Shown here: positions 33,955 through 40,316 of the stretch, one piece after another
Position numbering within the stretch: the first letter of the stretch is position 1
Layout: the number at the start of each line of letters is the position of its first letter
Source: Leptonemataceae bacterium
GTDB lineage: Bacteria > Spirochaetota > Leptospiria > Leptospirales > Leptonemataceae
Direction: 5' to 3'
Length of the DNA stretch: 64,000 nucleotides
NCBI GenBank assembly: GCA_965227295.1
Contig: OZ245742.1
Location: 4,512,001 to 4,576,000, forward strand
Program-made: the position numbers and the translations under genes
The notes under the pieces: model-generated
Seen by the model: only the letters and a program-made list of their open reading frames with translations
Database searches by the model: none
What the model was told of the DNA's origin: nothing

Positions 33955-34379
33955 GTGGGGCGTGTGGCCACAGAGAACGGACGCGATCAGCGGAGCGATC
34001 ACGGAAAGAACTCACGGAAAGAACTCACGGAAAGAGGGCAAACATCACATGAGATATTGTTAGAGATTAAAGCACCAGGTGCCGCTGAAATCGAGTCCAC
34101 CTGGCAAGAACCCAACTGGATTATATATACGTCAATCGCGGCGACCAAAGACGTCCACGCTAACATATCTCGGCCGAACTCTAACCCCCGCCGCCCAGGT
34201 CGTGTCGTTTTTCTGGACAATCAAGGGAGTTCGAATTTCACGGCCAGCGCCGAGATCCCGCCGCGCACATCGTCGGTAATGCATCTGTGTATTTTGTGTG
34301 CGACGTCACGAAACCGCCGTACATAAATAGCGCGTGCAGGCGAAAACCCACCGGGTCTTCGCCTGCACGCGCGCGAACG

Positions 34380-34712
34380 TCACCAGCTCCAGCCGATTTC
34401 CTTTAACTGCTCCTTTTCTTCGGCTACGTCTTCTAACAGGTGGTCGGCGATCCGTTGCCAGTCCACTTTTTCGATGGCCCCCTGGAGTAACTCGCGCAAC
34501 AGTTCGGGAAGTTCGAGCCTGTGCAGATACTCCCGGTGACGATCTCTCAAGTGCGTGGCGAGTTGTTCTTCCTCGCCGTCACGAACACAATCGCAGGCAA
34601 TGCCCATAAACAAATCGTTGGTCGCCGTGTCTTTGTACATGCGCTCAGACACACACCACGTTTCGTAGTTGCCCCAACCGCAATAGTATTCGTTACTCCT
34701 TCCAGCCGTCAT
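34380..34712 (-). CDS. Hypothetical mobile-element protein (GWxNYETW motif, DUF7249-like), copy A
   Basis: YCGWGNYETWCV..VDWQRIA; third gene of overlapping operon. Confidence 0.6.
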   Translation of the reverse strand: MTAGRSNEYYCGWGNYETWCVSERMYKDTATNDLFMGIACDCVRDGEEEQLATHLRDRHREYLHRLELPELLRELLQGAIEKVDWQRIADHLLEDVAEEKEQLKEIGWSW

Positions 34713-34896
34713 CGCAGAGGACCTTCTCCGGCTCTTTGCCGATCAATTCCCGGAGCGGCGGACGCTTACGCAGGTCCGCCGCAATGAGATTGCGAATGTG
34801 CTGTGCCGTGTTCGCGAAGCGCGTGCGCAATTCGTAGCGCATGTCTTCGCTGATGCCGACCAGATACTGAACTGATTTTCTTCCCGGGTCTTTCAT
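34693..34896 (-). CDS. Small protein, possible ribbon-helix-helix, copy A
   Basis: MKDPGRKSVQYLVGISEDMRYELR..; SD AGGAGG; ATGA overlap. Confidence 0.45.
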   Translation of the reverse strand: MKDPGRKSVQYLVGISEDMRYELRTRFANTAQHIRNLIAADLRKRPPLRELIGKEPEKVLCDDGWKE

Positions 34897-35366
34897 GCTT
34901 CGGCCTCCTGGTCCAGGTCGTCGAAGAGCGGGTAGAAACGAGTGCTTTTCGGCGCTCCCAGGTAACACGCGCGGCGGAGTTCCTGGTCCCACTCGCAAGC
35001 GACCTGTTGAAGTTCGAGAAACACTTCTCGATTTACTTTTAAGAGGGAATTCAGCCGGGACGGCTGCGGTACCTTCACCGGGGTGTAGACCTCTTTGAAT
35101 TCACCGGTAGTTTCACTGGCGAGCAGAAACGGAAACCACTCATTGTCCGCCGTGATTTCGAACTGCATTTCGCGAGCGCACAGCCAGCGGCCGTTTGCTT
35201 GCTTGATGAACTGCGAAACGCCCAGGGCGGGGCGAGCGGTTGGACCCTCTCCCAGAAACTCGATGACGAGCAGCGGGTATTCTTCGTGCTCCACGCGGAT
35301 GGACTCGCACTGCTTGAGCGCTTCCATGCCTTCGTGACTGACGATGATTTTCTGAATTGTTTCCAT
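34893..35366 (-). CDS. Hypothetical mobile-element protein (DUF6908-like), copy A
   Basis: SD GGAGG; LVIEFLGEGP..EMQFEI resembles DUF6908 from recollection. Confidence 0.55.
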   Translation of the reverse strand: METIQKIIVSHEGMEALKQCESIRVEHEEYPLLVIEFLGEGPTARPALGVSQFIKQANGRWLCAREMQFEITADNEWFPFLLASETTGEFKEVYTPVKVPQPSRLNSLLKVNREVFLELQQVACEWDQELRRACYLGAPKSTRFYPLFDDLDQEAEA

Positions 35367-35527
35367 GTGATAGATTCCTCCGGGGGAAGGCTAAACACAC
35401 GGCGGCATACTGCAAGTTTAAACTCAAGGAAAGTTAATTTTTTGCTGACAAAAGCCCGGAGACATGCTAACATCACGAAATGTTACTCTAGTAAATGTCG
35501 ATGCACGAGGTCGCCCGCTTCTCTCTT

Positions 35528-35600
35528 TCAGGGGTGCGGGATTCGAACCCACTTCCCGGGGGACACAGTCCCGGATGTTAGCCGCATACACCAACCCCTA
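35528..35600 (-). tRNA. trnH: tRNA-His(GUG), array 1
   Basis: Loop CT-GTG-TC; GTTCGAATCC; one anticodon-stem mismatch. Confidence 0.75.
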
Positions 35601-35605
35601 TTGAA

Positions 35606-35679
35606 AATCCCGGCGAGGACTCGAACCCCGATCGACGGGGATAGAAGCCCCGTGCTTTTTCCCGTTAAGCTACCGGGAT
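35606..35679 (-). tRNA. trnR: tRNA-Arg(UCU), array 1
   Basis: CGGGG-CTTCTAT-CCCCG anticodon arm. Confidence 0.85.
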
Positions 35680-35682
35680 ACT

Positions 35683-35755
35683 TCGAAGCGGCTGGAATCG
35701 AACCAACACCAACGGCATATCAGAGCGTCGTTCTCAACCGTTAAACTACGCTTCG
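35683..35755 (-). tRNA. trnI: tRNA-Ile(GAU), array 1
   Basis: Loop CT-GAT-AT; acceptor CGAAGCG/CGCTTCG. Confidence 0.8.
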
Positions 35756-35759
35756 TATG

Positions 35760-35830
35760 CACCACGTAGGGGAGTCGAACCCCTGCTACTCGATCGACAA
35801 TCGGGCGTTCTACCGTTAAACTAATGCGGC
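35760..35830 (-). tRNA. trnD: tRNA-Asp(GUC), array 1
   Basis: Loop TT-GTC-GA; G73. Confidence 0.8.
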
Positions 35831-35836
35831 AAACTG

Positions 35837-35910
35837 TAGGGCCCGCGGGACTCGAACCCGCAATCTCCAGATTCGTAATCTGATGCCTTGATCCATTTGG
35901 CCAGGGCCCT
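35837..35910 (-). tRNA. trnR: tRNA-Arg(ACG), array 1
   Basis: TCAGA-TTACGAA-TCTGG. Confidence 0.9.
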
Positions 35911-35913
35911 GTG

Positions 35914-35987
35914 TTGGACTTGCAGGACTCGAACCTGCGGCCTTCCGCCTCGGAAGCGGGTGCTCTTTCCCTCTGAGCTAAAGTCCA
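35914..35987 (-). tRNA. trnR: tRNA-Arg(CCG), array 1
   Basis: CCCGC-TTCCGAG-GCGGA. Confidence 0.85.
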
Positions 35988-35990
35988 GTG

Positions 35991-36061
35991 TGGAGCCGGT
36001 GGGAATCGAACCCACATCTGTTGCTTGCAAAACAAAGATTCTCCCGTTAAACTACGGCCCC
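35991..36061 (-). tRNA. trnA: tRNA-Ala(UGC), array 1
   Basis: Loop TT-TGC-AA; G3:U70 identity pair. Confidence 0.85.
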
Positions 36062-36064
36062 GTG

Positions 36065-36138
36065 TACGGGCTGCTGGATTCGAACCAGCGATCTCCTGTT
36101 TGTAAGACAGGCGTTCTGACCTGCTAAACTAAGCCCGT
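36065..36138 (-). tRNA. trnV: tRNA-Val(UAC), array 1
   Basis: CCTGT-CTTACAA-ACAGG. Confidence 0.9.
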
Positions 36139-36141
36139 GTG

Positions 36142-36213
36142 TTGCGGCGAAAGGAATTGAACCTCCGTAGGACGGGTTATGAGCCCGTTGCATCGCCACT
36201 ATGCTACACCGCA
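36142..36213 (-). tRNA. trnM: tRNA-Met(CAU), initiator-like, array 1
   Basis: ACGGG-CTCATAA-CCCGT with three consecutive G-C pairs; TTCAA T-loop. Confidence 0.85.
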
Positions 36214-36219
36214 ATGTTT

Positions 36220-36294
36220 TGCCCGGTGCATGGATTCGAACCTGCAACCAGCGGTTTACAAAACCGCCGCTCTAACCATTGGAGCTAACCGGGC
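36220..36294 (-). tRNA. trnT: tRNA-Thr(UGU), array 1
   Basis: GCGGT-TTTGTAA-ACCGC. Confidence 0.9.
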
Positions 36295-36297
36295 GTG

Positions 36298-36369
36298 TGC
36301 ATCAGCAGGGAATCGAACCCTGATGATCTGCTTGGAAGACAGACATGTTGGCCGTTACATCACTGATGC
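36298..36369 (-). tRNA. trnG: tRNA-Gly(UCC), array 1
   Basis: TCTGT-CTTCCAA-GCAGA. Confidence 0.85.
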
Positions 36370-36373
36370 GTAT

Positions 36374-36447
36374 TCGTCGGGTTCGGGATCGAACCGAATT
36401 CTCTCGCTTTTCAGGCGAGCGCTCATGACCACACCTGCTCCCCGACG
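36374..36447 (-). tRNA. trnF: tRNA-Phe(GAA), array 1
   Basis: CTCGC-CTGAAAA-GCGAG. Confidence 0.8.
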
Positions 36448-36504
36448 TTCGTCTTGTTCTTCTTAAAGTCACTTTCGCTCATATTTACTCCTTAGTGCGA
36501 AATG

Positions 36505-36576
36505 TGGGTCCGGTGGGATTCGAACCCACGGCCATCCGATTAAAAGTCGGATGCTCTACCCCCGAGCTCCGGACCC
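36505..36576 (-). tRNA. trnK: tRNA-Lys(UUU), array 1
   Basis: TCCGA-CTTTTAA-TCGGA. Confidence 0.9.
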
Positions 36577-36577
36577 G

Positions 36578-36616
36578 CTATTCTCTAAATGTCTTCTTGT
36601 CATCTTCGCTCTTCAT
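36578..36616 (-). CDS. Mini-ORF MKSEDDKKTFRE between tRNA-Gly and tRNA-Lys
   Basis: SD AGGAG; identical peptide in array 2 with synonymous ACA/ACG change. Confidence 0.4.
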   Translation of the reverse strand: MKSEDDKKTFRE

Positions 36617-36641
36617 GGCGTATCTCCTGTTGCTTATGATG

Positions 36642-36714
36642 TGCACCGCAAGAGACTCGAACTCTTCCCTGCTGCATGGCACACAGCTATGCTTGCCACT
36701 AACACCAGCGATGC
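36642..36714 (-). tRNA. trnG: tRNA-Gly(GCC), array 1
   Basis: GCTGT-GTGCCAT-GCAGC. Confidence 0.8.
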
Positions 36715-36723
36715 GTTTAAACG

Positions 36724-36757
36724 AAAAAACCCTCCAGGGAGTCGGCCGGGGAGGGTT
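36724..36757 (-). terminator. Attenuator terminator before 14-tRNA cluster, array 1
   Basis: AACCCTCC..GGAGGGTT stem plus U-tract. Confidence 0.8.
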
Positions 36758-36784
36758 CTTCATGAATGCGTTTGCAGATTCTTC

Positions 36785-36901
36785 TCAGCAACGCATGCGC
36801 AGAACTCCTCCGGCGATCCGGCCGTCCTTATGGCCCGCATCGATCCGCATCCCGATAAATCGGGCGGTTCTCACAACCGTTGCTGTTACTGTTAAGCTCA
36901 T
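36785..36901 (-). CDS. Leader peptide MSLTVTATVVRTARFIGMRIDAGHKDGRIAGGVLRMRC (array 1)
   Basis: 38 codons; residues 4-33 are exclusively amino acids of the downstream tRNAs; 3' part complementary to terminator 5' arm. Confidence 0.75.
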   Translation of the reverse strand: MSLTVTATVVRTARFIGMRIDAGHKDGRIAGGVLRMRC

Positions 36902-36951
36902 GATAGAATACTCAGACGAATCCCTTGTTAAATTTCTTATAAAAATATCTT

Positions 36952-37023
36952 TGCCGACGCAGGGAATCGAAACCTGATTACCGCAGTGAAAGTGCGAGGT
37001 CCTTGCCTTTAGACGACGCCGGC
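36952..37023 (-). tRNA. trnE: tRNA-Glu(UUC), array 1
   Basis: TCGCA-CTTTCAC-TGCGG; T-stem has one mismatch in this copy. Confidence 0.75.
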
Positions 37024-37119
37024 GATTTGAGTTGAAACGTAGTTAGGTCCACGTTCCCGTTCTCGCGGCATCGCTCCAGCTGACACGTATGTACGTCCTG
37101 CGCGGTTCATTATACTATG

Positions 37120-37190
37120 AGACATGGGTGGGATTCGAACCCACGTAAACGGCTTTGCAGACCGCCCGCTGGCCTCTCGCGCACCATGTC
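37120..37190 (-). tRNA. trnC: tRNA-Cys(GCA), array 1
   Basis: GCGGT-CTGCAAA-GCCGT; U73. Confidence 0.8.
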
Positions 37191-37285
37191 GGGTTTACTC
37201 TGGCTTGCGGCGGTCGGTAACATCGTTCTCTGTCTTCCATATCTCCCTCATAACACTTGAAAAATAAGCAAAATGCCCATAAACG

Positions 37286-37319
37286 AAAAAAGGCGAGCCG
37301 TTGATCCGGGCTCGCCTTT
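37286..37319 (-). terminator. Attenuator terminator before Cys/Glu tRNAs, array 1
   Basis: AAAGGCGAGCC..GGCTCGCCTTT plus U-tract. Confidence 0.8.
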
Positions 37320-37343
37320 CGCATCCAGCAGGTTACACTGAAT

Positions 37344-37451
37344 CTAAGACGAGCGCATGACTCCCTGAAACACATCACGCTCACAACCCGCATGAATCAT
37401 GCCGGCCTTCGCGAGGTCTCGTTCCGTTCTATGTTGGCGCTTCGGCGACAT
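37344..37451 (-). CDS. Leader peptide MSPKRQHRTERDLAKAGMIHAGCERDVFQGVMRSS (array 1)
   Basis: 35 codons downstream of a TTGACG -35 box; GCTCGTCTT at 3' end pairs with terminator 5' arm. Confidence 0.55.
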   Translation of the reverse strand: MSPKRQHRTERDLAKAGMIHAGCERDVFQGVMRSS

Positions 37452-37531
37452 TCCGTTTCCTGAATACTTACTTGGTATTCGACGTCAACAACTTCATAAA
37501 GATTTAAATATTTTTTTCATGGAACTCAATG

Positions 37532-37604
37532 TTCCGGGAGATGGATTCGAACCATCAACCCCCGACTTCAAAGGCCGGTGTTCTACCCGTTGAACTACCC
37601 CGGA
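37532..37604 (-). tRNA. trnQ: tRNA-Gln(UUG), array 1
   Basis: CCGGC-CTTTGAA-GTCGG; U1-A72. Confidence 0.85.
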
Positions 37605-37612
37605 ATGAGTTG

Positions 37613-37684
37613 CACCGGAGGCAGGACTCGAACCTGCATAGAACGCATTAACATTGCGTCGCCTTACCATTAGGCTACTCCGGT
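37613..37684 (-). tRNA. trnN: tRNA-Asn(GUU), array 1
   Basis: ACGCA-ATGTTAA-TGCGT; G73. Confidence 0.85.
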
Positions 37685-37688
37685 ATTC

Positions 37689-37766
37689 TGGCAGAGGGAA
37701 CAGGATTCGAACCTGTGAACATCGGATTTGGAGTCCGACAGCTTGGACCGCTCGACTCATCCCTCT
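37689..37766 (-). tRNA. trnW: tRNA-Trp(CCA), array 1
   Basis: TCGGA-CTCCAAA-TCCGA; encoded GCCA end. Confidence 0.85.
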
Positions 37767-37769
37767 ATG

Positions 37770-37842
37770 TCGGCGTGGTGGGACTTGAACCCACGACCCC
37801 CGGTTCCCGAAACCGGTGCTCTACACCCTGAGCTATACGCCG
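37770..37842 (-). tRNA. trnP: tRNA-Pro(CGG), array 1
   Basis: CCGGT-TTCGGGA-ACCGG; C1-G72, A73. Confidence 0.9.
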
Positions 37843-37848
37843 GATAAT

Positions 37849-37882
37849 AAAAAACCCCCTCAAGCTTCCGCCGGAGGGGGTT
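37849..37882 (-). terminator. Attenuator terminator before Pro/Trp/Asn/Gln tRNAs, array 1
   Basis: AACCCCCTC..GAGGGGGTT plus U-tract, ending 7 nt before tRNA-Pro. Confidence 0.85.
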
Positions 37883-37911
37883 CTCGCGCAAACGCGCTGT
37901 TGCTCAGAGCA

Positions 37912-37983
37912 CTACACGACCACCTCCAGGCAGATGCCGGGATTCTGTTGGGGCCAGTTGCTCTGTGGGAAAAACATGCTCAT
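37912..37983 (-). CDS. Leader peptide MSMFFPQSNWPQQNPGICLEVVV (array 1)
   Basis: P/Q/N/W make up 9 of 10 consecutive codons; in-frame 6-nt indel relative to array 2. Confidence 0.8.
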   Translation of the reverse strand: MSMFFPQSNWPQQNPGICLEVVV

Positions 37984-38087
37984 CACGTTTACCTGAAGTT
38001 AAGAGACGACGGTTTTCGAGAAATCCTTAACGAAAATATATTTTTTGGAACGAAAGCTTCGCTTTGCCTCGTCTCATCTACCGTATC

Positions 38088-38156
38088 ATGAACGGTATGT
38101 TACTATCATCGCTGTATCTTCTCAGCTCCGGCGGCATGCGGGAGGCGGCGATGTAG
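38088..38156 (+). CDS. Leader peptide MNGMLLSSLYLLSSGGMREAAM (array 1)
   Basis: Ten consecutive L/S/Y codons, each a different codon; precedes Tyr/Ser/Leu tRNAs. Confidence 0.82.
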   Translation: MNGMLLSSLYLLSSGGMREAAM

Positions 38157-38184
38157 TACGCGCAGACAGTTTTCTGTCTTCGAG

Positions 38185-38224
38185 AAGCCCCTCCCGGTGA
38201 ACCCGCGAGGGGCTTTTTGTTTTT
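38185..38224 (+). terminator. Attenuator terminator before Tyr/Ser/Leu tRNAs, array 1
   Basis: AAGCCCCTC..GAGGGGCTT plus TTTGTTTTT. Confidence 0.85.
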
Positions 38225-38228
38225 AAAC

Positions 38229-38315
38229 GCGCTGCTTTCCTCCTGCCGGTCTGTAAAGCCGGGGTCGTTAAACGAGGAGGTCGGGAGACGAGAGGTTCAA
38301 ATCCTCGGCAGCGCA
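38229..38315 (+). tRNA. trnY: Atypical tRNA-Tyr(GUA)-like gene lacking canonical D-arm, array 1
   Basis: Acceptor GCGCTGC/GCAGCGC, CCGGT-CTGTAAA-GCCGG, GTTCAAATCC; only 10 nt between acceptor and anticodon stems. Confidence 0.65.
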
Positions 38316-38319
38316 TACT

Positions 38320-38403
38320 GGATAGATGCCCGAGTGGTAAGGGACCCGTTTCGAAAACGGAGGTCGGCGGTTCGTCGCGTGGGTTCGATTCCTACTCTAT
38401 CCG
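38320..38403 (+). tRNA. trnS: tRNA-Ser(CGA), array 1
   Basis: Loop TT-CGA-AA; long variable arm; G73. Confidence 0.85.
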
Positions 38404-38409
38404 CATTAC

Positions 38410-38493
38410 GGAGGGATGACCGAGTGGTAAGGTATCCGGTTGGAAGCCGGTGGTCATCGATGAGATGCGAAGGTTCGATTCCTTCTCCCTCCG
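38410..38493 (+). tRNA. trnS: tRNA-Ser(GGA), array 1
   Basis: Loop TT-GGA-AG; long variable arm; G73. Confidence 0.85.
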
Positions 38494-38499
38494 AGAAAT

Positions 38500-38584
38500 G
38501 GAACAGTGGCCGAGAGGTAAGGCAGCGGTCCGCTAAACCGTGGTCGTCGTAACAGACGCGGAGGTTCGATTCCTCCCTGTTCCG
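38500..38584 (+). tRNA. trnS: tRNA-Ser(GCU), array 1
   Basis: GCGGT-CCGCTAA-ACCGT (C33); long variable arm. Confidence 0.85.
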
Positions 38585-38587
38585 CAG

Positions 38588-38662
38588 CGAGCGATAGCCC
38601 AATCAGGCAGAGGCAGTCGACTTAAAATCGGCAGAGTGCGGGTTCGATTCCCGCTCGCTCAA
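38588..38662 (+). tRNA. trnL: tRNA-Leu(UAA), short variable loop, array 1
   Basis: GTCGA-CTTAAAA-TCGGC. Confidence 0.85.
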
Positions 38663-38665
38663 AAC

Positions 38666-38738
38666 GCATCCGTAGCCCAACGGTAGAGGCACCAGGTCGA
38701 GAGCCTGGTCAGTGCAGGTTCGAATCCGGCCGGATGCA
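38666..38738 (+). tRNA. trnL: tRNA-Leu(GAG), short variable loop, array 1
   Basis: CCAGG-TCGAGAG-CCTGG (C33). Confidence 0.75.
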
Positions 38739-38741
38739 CAC

Positions 38742-38814
38742 GGGGACGTAGCCCAACGGCAGAGGCAGCACGCTCAGAACGTGTCCAGTGTGAGTTCGAA
38801 TCTCGCCGCCCCCA
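38742..38814 (+). tRNA. trnL: tRNA-Leu(CAG), short variable loop, array 1
   Basis: GCACG-CTCAGAA-CGTGT. Confidence 0.85.
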
Positions 38815-38985
38815 TAGAGTCTCCACTGAAGAGATTTGCGACCTCGTGCATCGACATTTACTAGAGTAACATTTCGTGATGTTAGCATGTCTCCGGGCTT
38901 TTGTCAGCAAAAAATTAACTTTCCTTGAGTTTAAACTTGCAGTATGCCGCCGTGTGTTTAGCCTTCCCCCGGAGGAATCTATCAC

Positions 38986-39459
38986 ATGGAAACAATTCAG
39001 AAAATCATCGTCAGTCACGAAGGCATGGAAGCGCTCAAGCAGTGCGAGTCCATCCGCGTGGAGCACGAAGAATACCCGCTGCTCGTCATCGAGTTTCTGG
39101 GAGAGGGTCCAACCGCTCGCCCCGCCCTGGGCGTTTCGCAGTTCATCAAGCAAGCAAACGGCCGCTGGCTGTGCGCTCGCGAAATGCAGTTCGAAATCAC
39201 GGCGGACAATGAGTGGTTTCCGTTTCTGCTCGCCAGTGAAACTACCGGTGAATTCAAAGAGGTCTACACCCCGGTGAAGGTACCGCAGCCGTCCCGGCTG
39301 AATTCCCTCTTAAAAGTAAATCGAGAAGTGTTTCTCGAACTTCAACAGGTCGCTTGCGAGTGGGACCAGGAACTCCGCCGCGCGTGTTACCTGGGAGCGC
39401 CGAAAAGCACTCGTTTCTACCCGCTCTTCGACGACCTGGACCAGGAGGCCGAAGCATGA
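38986..39459 (+). CDS. Hypothetical mobile-element protein (DUF6908-like), copy B
   Basis: Identical to 34893-35366. Confidence 0.55.
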   Translation: METIQKIIVSHEGMEALKQCESIRVEHEEYPLLVIEFLGEGPTARPALGVSQFIKQANGRWLCAREMQFEITADNEWFPFLLASETTGEFKEVYTPVKVPQPSRLNSLLKVNREVFLELQQVACEWDQELRRACYLGAPKSTRFYPLFDDLDQEAEA

Positions 39460-39659
39460 AAGACCCGGGAAGAAAATCAGTTCAGTATCTGGTCGGCATC
39501 AGCGAAGACATGCGCTACGAATTGCGCACGCGCTTCGCGAACACGGCACAGCACATTCGCAATCTCATTGCGGCGGACCTGCGTAAGCGTCCGCCGCTCC
39601 GGGAATTGATCGGCAAAGAGCCGGAGAAGGTCCTCTGCGATGACGGCTGGAAGGAGTAA
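39456..39659 (+). CDS. Small protein, possible ribbon-helix-helix, copy B
   Basis: Identical to 34693-34896. Confidence 0.45.
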   Translation: MKDPGRKSVQYLVGISEDMRYELRTRFANTAQHIRNLIAADLRKRPPLRELIGKEPEKVLCDDGWKE

Positions 39660-39972
39660 CGAATACTATTGCGGTTGGGGCAACTACGAAACGTGGTGTG
39701 TGTCTGAGCGCATGTACAAAGACACGGCGACCAACGATTTGTTTATGGGCATTGCCTGCGATTGTGTTCGTGACGGCGAGGAAGAACAACTCGCCACGCA
39801 CTTGAGAGATCGTCACCGGGAGTATCTGCACAGGCTCGAACTTCCCGAACTGTTGCGCGAGTTACTCCAGGGGGCCATCGAAAAAGTGGACTGGCAACGG
39901 ATCGCCGACCACCTGTTAGAAGACGTAGCCGAAGAAAAGGAGCAGTTAAAGGAAATCGGCTGGAGCTGGTGA
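39640..39972 (+). CDS. Hypothetical protein (DUF7249-like), copy B
   Basis: Identical to 34380-34712. Confidence 0.6.
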   Translation: MTAGRSNEYYCGWGNYETWCVSERMYKDTATNDLFMGIACDCVRDGEEEQLATHLRDRHREYLHRLELPELLRELLQGAIEKVDWQRIADHLLEDVAEEKEQLKEIGWSW

Positions 39973-39982
39973 CGTTCGCGCG

Positions 39983-40028
39983 CGTGCAGGCGAAGACCCG
40001 GTGGGTTTTCGCCTGCACGCGCTATTTA
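39983..40028 (+). terminator. Long hairpin after 3-gene operon (mirror copy near 34325-34370)
   Basis: GCGTGCAGGCGAAGACCC..GGGTTTTCGCCTGCACGC followed by TATTTAT. Confidence 0.6.
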
Positions 40029-40316
40029 TGTACGGCGGTTTCGTGACGTCGCACACAAAATACACAGATGCATTACCGACGATGTGCGCGGCGGGATCTC
40101 GGCGCTGGCCGTGAAATTCGAACTCCCTTGATTGTCCAGAAAAACGACACGACCTGGGCGGCGGGGGTTAGAGTTCGGCCGAGATATGTTAGCGTGGACG
40201 TCTTTGGTCGCCGCGATTGACGTATATATAATCCAGTTGGGTTCTTGCCAGGTGGACTCGATTTCAGCGGCACCTGGTGCTTTAATCTCTAACAATATCT
40301 CATGTGATGTTTGCCC

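Larger units (their letters stand above)
33626..35514. repeat. Long inverted repeat, left arm (partner 38838-43495, which contains repeat expansion and intron)
   Basis: Mirror ORFs 34893-35366/38986-39459 and 34380-34712/39640-39972 have identical translations. Confidence 0.9.

Noticed and set aside
35670..38602. ORFs of 60-160 aa overlapping the tRNA arrays (also 43875-47633)
   Set aside because: Translations of tRNA sequence (VRFPP, GIEPT, GFEP motifs); not credible proteins.
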